IMG/VR virus record: IMGVR_UViG_3300042914_003272
Span: 1 to 64,000 of that record
Reading direction: 5' to 3' (one strand)
DNA length: 64,000 nt
Origin: a virus
Taxonomy: Duplodnaviria; Caudoviricetes
This document shows positions 28,244-38,078 of the stretch, piece after piece. The position numbers and the translations under genes are program-made. The stretch's first letter is position 1; the number at the start of each line of letters is the position of its first letter. The notes under the pieces were generated by a model. The model did not search any database, was not told the DNA's origin, and saw only the letters and a list, made by a program, of their open reading frames with translations.

Positions 28244-28699
28244 ATGGCTTACACAACAGTTCAAGTTTCAGAATTAGCTTGCAATATCTTTTCTCAATGG
28301 GCTATTAAGTCCGTTAGTACACTAAATTTGCAACAGCTAGACTCTAATGTTTTTAAATGGGTTTTTTGGAAAGGTGGGGAGATTAAATCCATTACTTTGT
28401 TGGTTAAAGGTAGTACAAAAACTATTGAGAATCTTTACTTTCAAAAAGCTAAGTTTGGTAAAGGGTTAATTCTTGAAATGCCCAAGCATGATAGTGTAAC
28501 CCATGTTCTTTGGGTTGATGTTAATAATGGTGACAGTGCTTTAGCTTCACTTGTTAACCTTTCAGTCTTATTGCAGTCTAAAACAGATGCTGATGATTTC
28601 AACTCATTCAAAACTCCTGACGGCAACGTTCATGTAGTCCCATTAGACTATCTTGAGTGCGAAAACATAGGCGTTAAAAGACGTAATCTTTTAGCTTAA
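28244..28699 (+). CDS. early hypothetical protein
   Basis: Class B upstream, terminator downstream. Confidence 0.55.
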   Translation: MAYTTVQVSELACNIFSQWAIKSVSTLNLQQLDSNVFKWVFWKGGEIKSITLLVKGSTKTIENLYFQKAKFGKGLILEMPKHDSVTHVLWVDVNNGDSALASLVNLSVLLQSKTDADDFNSFKTPDGNVHVVPLDYLECENIGVKRRNLLA

Positions 28700-28739
28700 T
28701 ACTCAATTTTTACCCATTGGTTTAATCCGGTGGGTGTTT

Positions 28740-28778
28740 TTTTATGTGCGCTACGCGTATTAATTTTAGTTTGTAGTT
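28740..28778 (+). promoter_or_regulatory. class B hairpin element
   Basis: core 28750. Confidence 0.7.
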
Positions 28779-28802
28779 TTAGTTAATTGTTTGGAGTTTG
28801 CT

Positions 28803-29042
28803 ATGGTTTTCCAAATTAAAGTTGAGAATTTTTACTCTGCTATTTTGGCATTACAGATGAACGAGTATTTAGATATGATTGAGTATTTTAATTTCGGCTA
28901 CGCAACAAAAGACAGAAGTGAAGTCGAAGAATGTATCCCGCCATGGGATATGGCTTTAGAGCTAGTAGACAGGGGATATCGTGTTTCAGACCTTTACAAT
29001 GAAGGGTATAAATACATCCCCCAATATTGCCCTCTAGGTTAA
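28803..29042 (+). CDS. early hypothetical protein
   Basis: GGAG RBS before ATG 28803. Confidence 0.55.
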   Translation: MVFQIKVENFYSAILALQMNEYLDMIEYFNFGYATKDRSEVEECIPPWDMALELVDRGYRVSDLYNEGYKYIPQYCPLG

Positions 29043-29076
29043 TTTCAATTTAAGACCAGTGTAAAAGCTGGTCTTT

Positions 29077-29113
29077 TTTTATGTGCGCTACGCATCTTGA
29101 TTTAGTTGTAGTT
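29077..29113 (+). promoter_or_regulatory. class B hairpin element
   Basis: core 29087. Confidence 0.7.
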
Positions 29114-29134
29114 TAATTAGTTGTTCGAGGTTTT

Positions 29135-29380
29135 ATGATTCAAATAACTGTGATTTCCGAAGCCAATGCTTATGCAGAAGGCTCAGAAAGGAACTGGGTT
29201 AGAAGAGAATATTATATTGAGTCCAGTGGACCTATCCCAAATAAAGATTATTTATGGGAACACCTGGAAAAGCTAAAAAAAGAAGGTAAAGTCCATTATA
29301 AATGGGCTTTGCCTCAAGACATACTCCTATTTGATGATGGGACGGCTGTGTTTACCCCTTATTTGGGAAGCATGGATTAG
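29135..29380 (+). CDS. early hypothetical protein
   Basis: GAGG RBS, class B upstream. Confidence 0.55.
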   Translation: MIQITVISEANAYAEGSERNWVRREYYIESSGPIPNKDYLWEHLEKLKKEGKVHYKWALPQDILLFDDGTAVFTPYLGSMD

Positions 29381-29410
29381 ATATATAGAGAGGGTTTAAT
29401 GCCCTCTTTT

Positions 29411-29449
29411 TTTTATGGACGCTACGCGCCCTACTAGTTTTGTGTAGTT
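29411..29449 (+). promoter_or_regulatory. class B hairpin element
   Basis: core 29421. Confidence 0.7.
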
Positions 29450-29535
29450 AAGTGGACGCACTTTGGGTAATTCTAGATAGCCCCTACAACGACTGTATCT
29501 AGCTCAATTTATTAGCAAAATAATCGGAGTCTGTT

Positions 29536-30396
29536 ATGTCAGTCAAGCCTGAAATCACAGTTACTTGCTTGAAAGAATCTCGCCAGTATCAAGGGGCTAA
29601 ATGCCCTATTGGTACATTCATTGTCCGTCTATACTGGAAAGATTATTCCAAGTATGTTAGAAACGAACGAAAACTTGACGGTGTTTATTTGTTAAAGGAT
29701 TCCAAAAATATTTACCACAGAACTTGTGAATTTGCCGTTACATCTTTACAGTCTTTAGAATACCTTTTGTCCAATTGCGATAAAGCTGGTGGTATCAAAG
29801 GCAAATGGTTTCAAAGACAAACAGAGTACGCTGTAATGAAGTTCCGTGGCTTTGCTCAGACTGCATACGAATTTGTCAAGCCCATTAAAGTTGCAGTAAC
29901 TCAAGTTAAGCAAACTGTTTCCAAGGTAGCTCAATCCGTTTTCCGCAGATTTGACCCACGCCAACCTCAATCATTTGCCAAGTGCTTCACCCTTGAGCAA
30001 GCCAAATATTTGTTCGACCGTTGCCCTGAGTCTCAACGTACTCAGAAGTTTATTGACAATTATTTGGCAACTTGTGAACGCATAGCTGCTGTTCCCCAAG
30101 TTGTTTCCATAGACGATATTGCTCCTGCATTGGTTGAACAACATTCAGAAGTTCTTGAGCATATCCCAGCTACGGACTCTCAAGTTAGACAAATGATGGC
30201 TGATGGCTACAAAGCTAACGCCAGACGTTGTAAGCAATGGGTAATCGGCGTTGGTAGGTCTATTCCTGATTTTCAAGTAATTGTCAAGGGGACTGACAAG
30301 CGCAATGCTGAAAAAATAATGCAGCAAGTAATTGAAAATATTCTGCTTGCAGAGTTGTCAGTGTCACAATTACGTGATATCATTGCAGCAAGTTAG
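29536..30396 (+). CDS. hypothetical protein
   Basis: 286 aa, GGAG RBS. Confidence 0.65.
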   Translation: MSVKPEITVTCLKESRQYQGAKCPIGTFIVRLYWKDYSKYVRNERKLDGVYLLKDSKNIYHRTCEFAVTSLQSLEYLLSNCDKAGGIKGKWFQRQTEYAVMKFRGFAQTAYEFVKPIKVAVTQVKQTVSKVAQSVFRRFDPRQPQSFAKCFTLEQAKYLFDRCPESQRTQKFIDNYLATCERIAAVPQVVSIDDIAPALVEQHSEVLEHIPATDSQVRQMMADGYKANARRCKQWVIGVGRSIPDFQVIVKGTDKRNAEKIMQQVIENILLAELSVSQLRDIIAAS

Positions 30397-30454
30397 GTGG
30401 TGTTCCCTAGCCTGACCTGATGACTACCACTGGGGATTATCCTCCCCACTTTCC

Positions 30455-30490
30455 CCAGTGGTACAGGGGCGACTGCCCCATTAGAATTGA
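30455..30490 (+). promoter_or_regulatory. class A hairpin element (possibly bidirectional)
   Basis: GGGGC-GACT-GCCCC, TGA on plus, TGG on minus. Confidence 0.65.
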
Positions 30491-30595
30491 AGTATTAGCA
30501 AAATAAAAGGAGTTTCTCATGGAACGTGGTTCAGGTAGATAATTGACTGGAAGCACCCTATTCCTAGTGTTTTTATACTAAGAATAGGGGGCAAG

Positions 30596-30617
30596 GCTAA
30601 CGCCTAATTAGTTGTGA
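30596..30617 (+). promoter_or_regulatory. class A hairpin element
   Basis: +11nt TGA. Confidence 0.7.
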
Positions 30618-30643
30618 AGTAAAATAAATTTGGAGAATATGTT

Positions 30644-30820
30644 ATGCGTAATTATGTCTTTGCCATTCCAGGCAATGTTGGGTACGAGTATATCAAAGCC
30701 TCTAATCTAAAAGAGGCAGAAGATATTGCGAATGAAATATGCCGCAATCACTCCTTTTTAGGAGGGGCGGTGCAGCCTCTGGTGACGGAAGTAGGAAAAT
30801 CCTACGCTGACTCGAAATAG
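30644..30820 (+). CDS. small hypothetical protein (58 aa, not in track)
   Basis: GGAG RBS, class A element 30596 upstream. Confidence 0.5.
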   Translation: MRNYVFAIPGNVGYEYIKASNLKEAEDIANEICRNHSFLGGAVQPLVTEVGKSYADSK

Positions 30821-30821
30821 T

Positions 30822-30860
30822 TTTTATGGGGGCTACGCCCCTATTTGGTTTGTTGTAATT
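30822..30860 (+). promoter_or_regulatory. class B hairpin element
   Basis: GGGGC-TAC-GCCCC, core 30832. Confidence 0.7.
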
Positions 30861-30884
30861 TAAGTAGATTGATTGGAGTTTGTT

Positions 30885-31190
30885 ATGGAATTAATTAAAT
30901 CTGACAAAATTGAAATGGGTGTTTGTTTAATTGATATTTATCGCGCAAGCGGCGATTTATATAGTAGCTATGACATCGTTAAGCAATCAGAAGATGGTAG
31001 CTTTCCAAGGCTGCCAGACGCAAGGTATGGAGTTGACCAACCTGATTACGATGATGAAGACCTATCTGATGTTCGACGTAAACCTATCAATATTGAAATC
31101 CTGAATGAAACATTTGATAGAAATGGTTGGACTGTTAGAGAAGAATCAGTTATTGGTGATGGCAAAGTTCTTTGTCATAGACAGTATTAA
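30885..31190 (+). CDS. early hypothetical protein
   Basis: GGAG RBS before ATG 30885. Confidence 0.55.
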   Translation: MELIKSDKIEMGVCLIDIYRASGDLYSSYDIVKQSEDGSFPRLPDARYGVDQPDYDDEDLSDVRRKPINIEILNETFDRNGWTVREESVIGDGKVLCHRQY

Positions 31191-31196
31191 ATAAAT

Positions 31197-31235
31197 TTTA
31201 TTAGGGGCTACGCCCCTATTTAGTTTGTTGTAGTT
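31197..31235 (+). promoter_or_regulatory. class B hairpin element
   Basis: TAGGGGC-TAC-GCCCCTA, core 31207. Confidence 0.7.
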
Positions 31236-31258
31236 TAAGTAAATTGATTGGAGGAATT

Positions 31259-31501
31259 ATGTCTATTCAAGAAGCGATTGTTAAATCTGGTTTAACAGTT
31301 AGACTCTTTGCAGACTGCTGGGACGGAAGTGTTGCTGGACACGCAGAAGAGCCAGCCACAGGAACAGAATGGAAAGTAGTGCCAGGAACTCGCACCGAAG
31401 CGGGTAGGTATTATCAGGAAGTCAGAATGACTGAAGTTAATCCAAATCATCCTATCCTTCTCAACCTTCCAGAAAATTGCTATATAGATGGTGGGTTTTA
31501 A
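31259..31501 (+). CDS. early hypothetical protein
   Basis: GGAGG RBS before ATG 31259. Confidence 0.55.
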   Translation: MSIQEAIVKSGLTVRLFADCWDGSVAGHAEEPATGTEWKVVPGTRTEAGRYYQEVRMTEVNPNHPILLNLPENCYIDGGF

Positions 31502-31595
31502 TGATTTAGTTTAATCTTTTGGCGGCATAATAGCCCCTATTCCTAGTGTTTTTATACTAAGAATAGGGGGCAAGGCTTGCTGATTCAAAATAGTT

Positions 31596-31634
31596 TTTTA
31601 TGGGGGCTACGCCCCTATTTAGTTTAATGTAGTT
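31596..31634 (+). promoter_or_regulatory. class B hairpin element
   Basis: core 31606. Confidence 0.7.
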
Positions 31635-31661
31635 TAAGTAAATTGATTGGAAAATTTGGCT

Positions 31662-32126
31662 ATGTCTTTATTAGAAAAAATGGCTGATGCTTCTAGAGCA
31701 AACAGAGTATTAGGGATAGATGATCTAGAAGATGCAGCTTGGGAGAAGTTGGGGTATAGAGTTTATATTCCAAGCCTAATTGGTTGTAGTTCAGAGTATC
31801 TTGCGCCTTATCAAGAATTTGGGTTTAATCATCCTAGCAAAAATGAGCAGGTAAAAGCCTGGGGCAATGTGAAAAAGTCTGTTCGATGGGTAGAAGTCAG
31901 AAGTGCCTCAAAAGGGGTTGAAGGATATAAAGTAACTCATAGCCTTCAAGTACATCAAGTTTTAGATGAAATCCTTTCTTTGATGAAGAAGGACTCTGTA
32001 TTTGCGGCATCTTTAATGAATGCTTTCCTTGGGTGTTCAGCATTCCCAATGCTAAAAGCAGAAGGAATTGTTTTTGATGAAGAAATTGCAAAAAAAATGA
32101 ACAAATATTTTGACGCAACAATTTAA
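31662..32126 (+). CDS. early hypothetical protein
   Basis: Class B upstream, terminator downstream. Confidence 0.55.
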   Translation: MSLLEKMADASRANRVLGIDDLEDAAWEKLGYRVYIPSLIGCSSEYLAPYQEFGFNHPSKNEQVKAWGNVKKSVRWVEVRSASKGVEGYKVTHSLQVHQVLDEILSLMKKDSVFAASLMNAFLGCSAFPMLKAEGIVFDEEIAKKMNKYFDATI

Positions 32127-32218
32127 TTCCGTAATTTGTTAGGGGCTACCATGCCCCTTTTCTTTTGTTACCTTGCGGGTTATAATAACCAATAGCAAAA
32201 TAAACAGAAGTTAAAGTT

Positions 32219-33379
32219 ATGATAGCTATTCAAATAAAAACCAAGGTTGGGCGGTGTGAGTCGTGCCACAAATTTCGTAATAACATGGAGTGGCAAGTAG
32301 AGAGTAGAGTAGTTTGCATTGACTGCTTTAAAATGCTCAAAAACCAAAAGCTAATAGATGAAGTAGTTAAACGAGTTGAGAAGGTTGAAGTAGATACAAC
32401 TAAAACAGGCAAAAAAGTTAAAGAAGATAAGCCTAAAAGAGAAATAACCAACTATAGACAGACAGTATTAAACCACCTAAAAAACACTGATAAACCTTTA
32501 TCTGTCAGAGAGATGTATGCAGATAGAGTATCAAGTAAAGTCACCCTGGAAAGATGGTTGAAAGTCTTACTGGCAAGTGGTGAAATAGTAACTATGAAGT
32601 CTACAGCCAGAGCCTATTACATAGATGCTGATAGAAAAGATTTACTTGATGAGTATATAGAAAGTCTTAAACCAAAGAAAAAGACAACTTTACCTGATGA
32701 AATATTAAAAAGATTAAAAAGTTTATCACGTCCATCTACTGCATCCCAAATTAATGAGGAGAAAACTTGGGTCAAAAAGTCTGTTTATACTGCACTAGTT
32801 AAGTTGGTCGAAACTGAAAAAGTTGTTTTTATTAAGCTCAATAAAGTTAAAAAAATCTATATTGACACTGACAGAAAACATTTACTTGATGAATTTAACC
32901 AATATAAGAAGGTAGATGTTTTAGGTGGAAACAGAAAAAAAGCCTTAGATTTTATTAATTCAAATAATAGAGTTACTTATATAAAAGATTTAACTAATGT
33001 ATTAAGGGCGGATAAAAGTACATCTTTAAGGGTGGTTCATGAACTCATAGAATTAGGGTTAGTTAAATGCGCGAAGGGTAGAAGACACAATGCCGCTTTG
33101 GTTATTGTGCCAATCAATAATGAACATCTACTTGAACAATTTGAATTTGTAACTTACGACTCAACAGAAAATATATTAAGAAGGTTTATGGAAGAAGGTA
33201 ATGCGGTAACATTAGACCAGTGTTATTTTGTTGTTGGCTGCAAGTCTGGTAGTGGTGGGACTAGAAGATATGTTCGGAGGCTTTTAAAAGAATGGAAGTG
33301 TGAAATATCTGAACTAAATGGAGTTAAAACTTACCGTTTACCTTGCCTCTATCCTCTTTCTGACCCCAGCAGCTTGTAA
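32219..33379 (+). CDS. multi winged-helix DNA-binding protein
   Basis: N-terminal Cys pairs; repeated wHTH-like units ending YID.DRK.LLDE. Confidence 0.55.
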   Translation: MIAIQIKTKVGRCESCHKFRNNMEWQVESRVVCIDCFKMLKNQKLIDEVVKRVEKVEVDTTKTGKKVKEDKPKREITNYRQTVLNHLKNTDKPLSVREMYADRVSSKVTLERWLKVLLASGEIVTMKSTARAYYIDADRKDLLDEYIESLKPKKKTTLPDEILKRLKSLSRPSTASQINEEKTWVKKSVYTALVKLVETEKVVFIKLNKVKKIYIDTDRKHLLDEFNQYKKVDVLGGNRKKALDFINSNNRVTYIKDLTNVLRADKSTSLRVVHELIELGLVKCAKGRRHNAALVIVPINNEHLLEQFEFVTYDSTENILRRFMEEGNAVTLDQCYFVVGCKSGSGGTRRYVRRLLKEWKCEISELNGVKTYRLPCLYPLSDPSSL

Positions 33380-34849
33380 CGCTATCGCAGAGGCATCTAA
33401 GCAGTCATCATGTGATTTACTTCCAAAGTTTACAAGCTCATCTATAACTTCATCTTTGAGCTTGAACTTATATTTATTGTACCTCACCACCCCAGAGGCG
33501 TAAGCCCCACTGATTGATAGGAGATGGGCTAACTTATCTCCCTTCAGTCTGTAGGGGTAACAGTTGATGTCGTATAAACCTTTTTCGTTAACAACATAAC
33601 GTTGAAAGTCTCCCTGCAAAGATGACTGATAAGCTACTGACTCAACGTAAATGTTGAATGGTACACCATCTTCATACCATTCTTCATACATTCCCAATAA
33701 GGCATCTAGTATCTGTAAGTTACCTTGCCATTTACCTCTACGGTAATCAAGGAAATAAAATTTACCATCCAATACTCCCAATAACATCATCACTGTGTAG
33801 TCTGCTTTCTGTTTTAAACTAGCAGCTAAATCTACACCAACAACATAATTATCAAACTCAGTGGGAATGTTTTCAAAGTAAATCCATCCTGGTTCTAAAC
33901 CAATATCTTCCAGTGGAACAATTGTATTCTGGTATTGGTAGGCAAACGCCAAGGGGTCTTCTTGTCTACGTCCTTGCAAAACTTCTAGCTTTAACCATTC
34001 TTCCCAAAAGCTATACTCATTTCCCTCTTCATCTATGAGTATTGCGCTTTCCTGAATTTGATACCATCCCTTGTCAGGGGTAAAAGCAGTGCAGTGAATA
34101 TCATCAGGACGGAATCTAGTACCCAAAGAAAGTTTACGCCCTCCTGGTAGCAACGTAGGGTTAATAGAAGATGATACCAACTTTTCTAGTTTAACCCTGG
34201 CTTCTCCTGTAGCCATTTCATCTACTGATTTAATTAAGTCATCAAAAATTACTAGGTTAAAGCGTTTACTGACAATACCACCCTTTACGCCAGCAGCAAT
34301 CATGGTAAATCTCTCAGTGCCACTAGATTTAATACCAGCGTAACTAAAATCTATAGCCCAATAGCTGTCAGCCCATCGGTGTTTTGCTGGGATAACTGTA
34401 GGGAATACTTCTTGGTATTCTGGACTACTTATAATATCTTTTATAGCAGCAGATTTAGCACGAGCTAATTCAATACTGTTACTTACATATAGTATTTGTA
34501 ATACTCTTTTAGCTAATGCGTGTTTACCTATAGACCACGCAAGAAATAGACCCAATACTGTAGACTTAGCACTTCCGCGTGGGGCGAGTAAATCTATGTC
34601 TACACCTGCTATACCTACAAGATTCTCACTATCTTTTCCTGTAATCCAATGTTTTACCCACCCCAGATGGTGTTTGGCTAGAACAATAGGACGCTCAGAG
34701 TTACGGGTAACATATTCACAGAAGAATGGAAACTCATTCTGTGCTTTTACCATTTCTTCTGATGGTGCTGTAATCATAGCCTCACGGGCTTTATCTTTAG
34801 CTCGTTCTCTAGCAGCATCCCGTTGTGTTCTTAGTAGTTGATTAGCCAT
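33338..34849 (-). CDS. terL: terminase large subunit
   Basis: APRGSAKST Walker A, IFDD Walker B, GTRF..DD, VGVDLA..ADYT nuclease, HDDCLDA. Confidence 0.93.
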   Translation of the reverse strand: MANQLLRTQRDAARERAKDKAREAMITAPSEEMVKAQNEFPFFCEYVTRNSERPIVLAKHHLGWVKHWITGKDSENLVGIAGVDIDLLAPRGSAKSTVLGLFLAWSIGKHALAKRVLQILYVSNSIELARAKSAAIKDIISSPEYQEVFPTVIPAKHRWADSYWAIDFSYAGIKSSGTERFTMIAAGVKGGIVSKRFNLVIFDDLIKSVDEMATGEARVKLEKLVSSSINPTLLPGGRKLSLGTRFRPDDIHCTAFTPDKGWYQIQESAILIDEEGNEYSFWEEWLKLEVLQGRRQEDPLAFAYQYQNTIVPLEDIGLEPGWIYFENIPTEFDNYVVGVDLAASLKQKADYTVMMLLGVLDGKFYFLDYRRGKWQGNLQILDALLGMYEEWYEDGVPFNIYVESVAYQSSLQGDFQRYVVNEKGLYDINCYPYRLKGDKLAHLLSISGAYASGVVRYNKYKFKLKDEVIDELVNFGSKSHDDCLDASAIALQAAGVRKRIEAR

Positions 34850-34861
34850 TGGTTAGTAGTA

Positions 34862-34897
34862 TCATAAATAAAGGGGTTAACACCCCAGTAGCAGTGA
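34862..34897. promoter_or_regulatory. class A hairpin element, bidirectional (terL / phosphatase)
   Basis: GGGGT-TAAC-ACCCC compensatory stem, TGA at 11 nt on both strands. Confidence 0.7.
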
Positions 34898-34915
34898 TGT
34901 AGTTAAAAGATTAAA

Positions 34916-35527
34916 ATGAAGTTAGCTTTATTGGATAAAGACGGAACTCTTGTCATTTCAGCAGAAGAAAATGGTTTTATTAATAAGCCAGAACAACAAA
35001 TTATTAAACCTGGTTCTTTGGATTTAGTAAAAAGATTGCTGTCACAAGATTTTACTTTAGTAATTGTCTCTAATCAAGGTGGTGTAGAAAAACGTTTTAA
35101 ATCTTTGGATACAGTGTTTGATGAAATGATGTATTGCAATAATCTTTTTGTTAAAGAATTAAATATGCCTGTGTTTGAAAGAATTTACTTTTGTCCAGAT
35201 TTTCAAGGAAATACCTGCTATGTTGGAGAAATATCCGGATATTCAACTCATAGTCAGTCATGGATTGGTGGGAAGCCTTGGGATTTATCCAATACTTTAT
35301 CTGCTCAGAAATTAGGGACAAAAGGTAAATTCAGAAAGCCTTGCTCTGGGATGTTAGAACAAGCAATATGGTATTACTCAAAAAACTCGGTGGACAAAAA
35401 CAAACTAGAAAAAGTAATCATGATTGGTGACAGAGAAGAAGATAAACAAGCGGCGGAAAATGTTCAGATTCAGTTCTACTGGATTGAAGAGGCAATAAGT
35501 ATGGTTAATATTCTGCCTCTTCAATAA
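34916..35527 (+). CDS. HAD-superfamily phosphatase (GmhB/polynucleotide 3'-phosphatase-like)
   Basis: LDKDGTL, SNQGG, RKP..GML, MIGDREED. Confidence 0.85.
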   Translation: MKLALLDKDGTLVISAEENGFINKPEQQIIKPGSLDLVKRLLSQDFTLVIVSNQGGVEKRFKSLDTVFDEMMYCNNLFVKELNMPVFERIYFCPDFQGNTCYVGEISGYSTHSQSWIGGKPWDLSNTLSAQKLGTKGKFRKPCSGMLEQAIWYYSKNSVDKNKLEKVIMIGDREEDKQAAENVQIQFYWIEEAISMVNILPLQ

Positions 35528-36098
35528 CTAACATGGCTGCCCTAGCGGCCTCTGAAATTGCCTCATAAATGAGAGGATTATCCTTGAATGTTTCTAGGAT
35601 TTCCTCTTTCATCCTATAAGCACCTGCAAATACTAAGTCTTTTTTATCCTTGATTTGCTGGAATTCAGAAACAATTTTTAAAGTGTTGTTCTGTTCCCTG
35701 GCAGCAGCAGGTATAAACTTTAGGATTTCAGATGGGGGAATTTTAGACCAATCAGTTTCTTCTAATTGCGCTACCCCTTTATCCAGAAGTTTACCCATAG
35801 TAGCTCCTACCTTACGAGCTAAACCTAAAGACAAGTCAGCACCTTGATATTTCTCTAGGTCTTTATTATAATCTTGTGCTAACGTTCCTACTTTCTGTTT
35901 AGACCTTACCCAGGTTTTTACATAGGTAAAACCAAACACAAAAGGAGTGTCGTTTTCCTTTCCCCAATCAATTAAAGTTTGGTAAATTTCTTTCTCGCTG
36001 GGAGTAGGGGAATACACAATCTCCATTATCATTGAGAAGATTTCATTAGGGAGATTGTCTACATATTCTTGTACTGATTCTACTTTTTGATTTGTCAT
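35505..36098 (-). CDS. possible terminase small subunit
   Basis: Helical 197-aa ORF, nearest upstream minus gene to terL. Confidence 0.35.
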   Translation of the reverse strand: MTNQKVESVQEYVDNLPNEIFSMIMEIVYSPTPSEKEIYQTLIDWGKENDTPFVFGFTYVKTWVRSKQKVGTLAQDYNKDLEKYQGADLSLGLARKVGATMGKLLDKGVAQLEETDWSKIPPSEILKFIPAAAREQNNTLKIVSEFQQIKDKKDLVFAGAYRMKEEILETFKDNPLIYEAISEAARAAMLVIEEAEY

Positions 36099-36136
36099 AG
36101 TTTAGTTTTAGTCTTATAAAGTATTATATTTGTAAG

Positions 36137-36158
36137 GCTAACGCCTTAATAATGGTGA
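36137..36158 (+). promoter_or_regulatory. class A hairpin element
   Basis: +11nt TGA. Confidence 0.7.
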
Positions 36159-36180
36159 CGTAATCAAGGAATTAGAACTT

Positions 36181-36507
36181 GTGTTGTTAAGAGAAATCCC
36201 ACTCAACAAAACCCAAACAGTATACCCTTTTCCCTGGTTGCAGGCTAGGGAGCAAAACAATAATGACCCTTTAGCCACAGAACTTCTTGATACTGATGTT
36301 TCAAGCAAGTTTGTTTACAGTGGGGGATTCTTGATATATTTTCAGCCCTCTGGTAACTGGATAGTTGTAGCTGAAACAAAATATCCATTTTCACCTGAAG
36401 GTTGGATTGTTAGAAATTGGGAATACTGGAATAATGCGATTAATAATGCCGATTCAATAATCAAGAATGAAGAAATGAGGAAGTTAATAGATTTTCAAGA
36501 TTACTAG
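36181..36507 (+). CDS. hypothetical protein
   Basis: Class A upstream, AGGA RBS, hairpin at 36518-36535. Confidence 0.55.
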   Translation: MLLREIPLNKTQTVYPFPWLQAREQNNNDPLATELLDTDVSSKFVYSGGFLIYFQPSGNWIVVAETKYPFSPEGWIVRNWEYWNNAINNADSIIKNEEMRKLIDFQDY

Positions 36508-36542
36508 ATTTAATTGAGGGAGGTTATTACCTCCCGTTTACA

Positions 36543-37058
36543 TTAACTTCTAGCCTTAAACCTATTAAATCTATTACTGCCACTGTTAAACCGATTAAAT
36601 TTATTACCACCACCAAAGAAAGCACTGTTAGCAGCTTGTCTAGCAGCATTAGTAGTTTCAGTTCTCATTTGGTAATCTCTTTCCATGGTCTCGTCGGCAG
36701 CACGCTCTCTTTCTGCCCTATCTGTGTTACGAAAAGCGTAGTTATCATCAGCCAGTTGTTTTTCAAAACCAAATCGCTGTTGACTCTGACGACGGGTTAT
36801 TTCATCATCAACATTAGCTTTTCTAATTTGAAACGCATAGCCATCATCAGCTAAGGTCTTTCTAAAACCAAAGTCTTGGTCAGCTTCTTGTCTTCTAAAG
36901 TCAAATGCCTGTTGACCTAGTCTCATGCTATTTTCCAATTGTTGCTGTGCTAAATCCTTTGCTTGCTGGTGTTGCCTTTTTTGTTGACTGTTCCCAAATA
37001 ATCCACCAACAACACCGCTTGCAAGCCCACCCAATAAAGCTCCAAAAAAACCAATCAT
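36543..37058 (-). CDS. DNA pilot/ejection-like protein
   Basis: GALLGGLASGVVGGLFG then Q/R/A coiled coil. Confidence 0.55.
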   Translation of the reverse strand: MIGFFGALLGGLASGVVGGLFGNSQQKRQHQQAKDLAQQQLENSMRLGQQAFDFRRQEADQDFGFRKTLADDGYAFQIRKANVDDEITRRQSQQRFGFEKQLADDNYAFRNTDRAERERAADETMERDYQMRTETTNAARQAANSAFFGGGNKFNRFNSGSNRFNRFKARS

Positions 37059-37072
37059 ACTCTACCCTTTCT

Positions 37073-37924
37073 TTAATTCCAATACTTAAAGTTATACGGA
37101 TTACTTGACAAGAAAGAGCTATATATTTGTGCTGCTGCTTGACTACTAGAAGCTCTTTGCTTGTTGATTGAGTCTAATATACCTAAACCAGCGTTAAGAT
37201 AAAAATCTTGTTTGTTCTTTTCTTTCTGGTTTGCATTTTTCTCTCTTTCTACAAAGTAGTTTGCATCGGTTTGTTTATTCCTTGCTTCAGCATCTCTATC
37301 AGAAGCATATTTACTAGCATCAGCAGATGTAGTAGCACCAAATTTACTAGCCTCAGCAGCAGTAATAGCACCAAATTTATTAGCATCAGCAGCAGTAGTA
37401 GCACCAAATTTACTAGCCTCAGCTTGTGTTTTTGCAACTTCTACATTACCCCCACTAGTAATCTCTGCTGTTTTTACATTACCCTGACTAGTAATCTCTG
37501 CTGTTTTTACATCACCCTCTGTTCTTACTCTTTGCACCCCTAAAGTGGTATCGTTTATTGATTTTTGCAGAAAACGTTGATTGGCAAAAGAAGCTGCTTG
37601 GGACTCTTTTGCTAAATTGCCATAAAATGTTCCCAGTTCTTTTTGGCGTTTAAACAACTCCTGTTGATATCTAAGATACTGCTCCTCAATATATTTATCT
37701 TGCGGAGTTGGTGTATATCTTGTCTGAGACGATTGAGACGGTGGTCTTACTTTGGGTGGTTGAGGTCTAGCTTGAGTAGTTTTTTTAATTGTGGTTTGTT
37801 TTGGAATAGGAGAATAAACTCTTTCAACAACATTACCTTTGGGGTCTATTTTTACTTCGTAGTCTCCCATCCTAGACCGCTTCCATCCTCTAGCTTTTTC
37901 TAGAGCTTCTAGTTGTTTATTCAT
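37073..37924 (-). CDS. ejection-like protein with 11-aa repeats
   Basis: KTAEITS.GNV and AEASKFGATTA repeats (33-bp DNA units). Confidence 0.55.
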   Translation of the reverse strand: MNKQLEALEKARGWKRSRMGDYEVKIDPKGNVVERVYSPIPKQTTIKKTTQARPQPPKVRPPSQSSQTRYTPTPQDKYIEEQYLRYQQELFKRQKELGTFYGNLAKESQAASFANQRFLQKSINDTTLGVQRVRTEGDVKTAEITSQGNVKTAEITSGGNVEVAKTQAEASKFGATTAADANKFGAITAAEASKFGATTSADASKYASDRDAEARNKQTDANYFVEREKNANQKEKNKQDFYLNAGLGILDSINKQRASSSQAAAQIYSSFLSSNPYNFKYWN

Positions 37925-38075
37925 ATTTTACCCCTATTCTATCTACACTTTTCTGAGTAGAATAACTTGTGTCTAAACCTGTGCTAGTTGGCGCATCATA
38001 AGAGGAAGATTTACCTTTACCTTTTTTAGCTTGCCACATTTTAGATTTGTTTAAAGCTTGTTCTTTGATTTCCAT
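37917..38075 (-). CDS. small hypothetical protein (52 aa, not in track)
   Basis: Fills the operon gap; stop overlaps the next ATG. Confidence 0.4.
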   Translation of the reverse strand: MEIKEQALNKSKMWQAKKGKGKSSSYDAPTSTGLDTSYSTQKSVDRIGVKYE

Positions 38076-38078
38076 TTC

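Larger units (their letters stand above)
30556..31577. repeat. 43-bp exact direct repeat (30556-30598 and 31535-31577)
   Basis: CCCTATTCCTAGTGTTTTTATACTAAGAATAGGGGGCAAGGCT, itself a hairpin. Confidence 0.9.

Noticed and set aside
22660-31634. Class A/B repeats as a CRISPR array or integron attC array
   Set aside because: Intervals are 250-1500 nt gene-containing segments, cores are only 7-8 nt, there are no attC R/L boxes, and no cas or integrase gene in the window.
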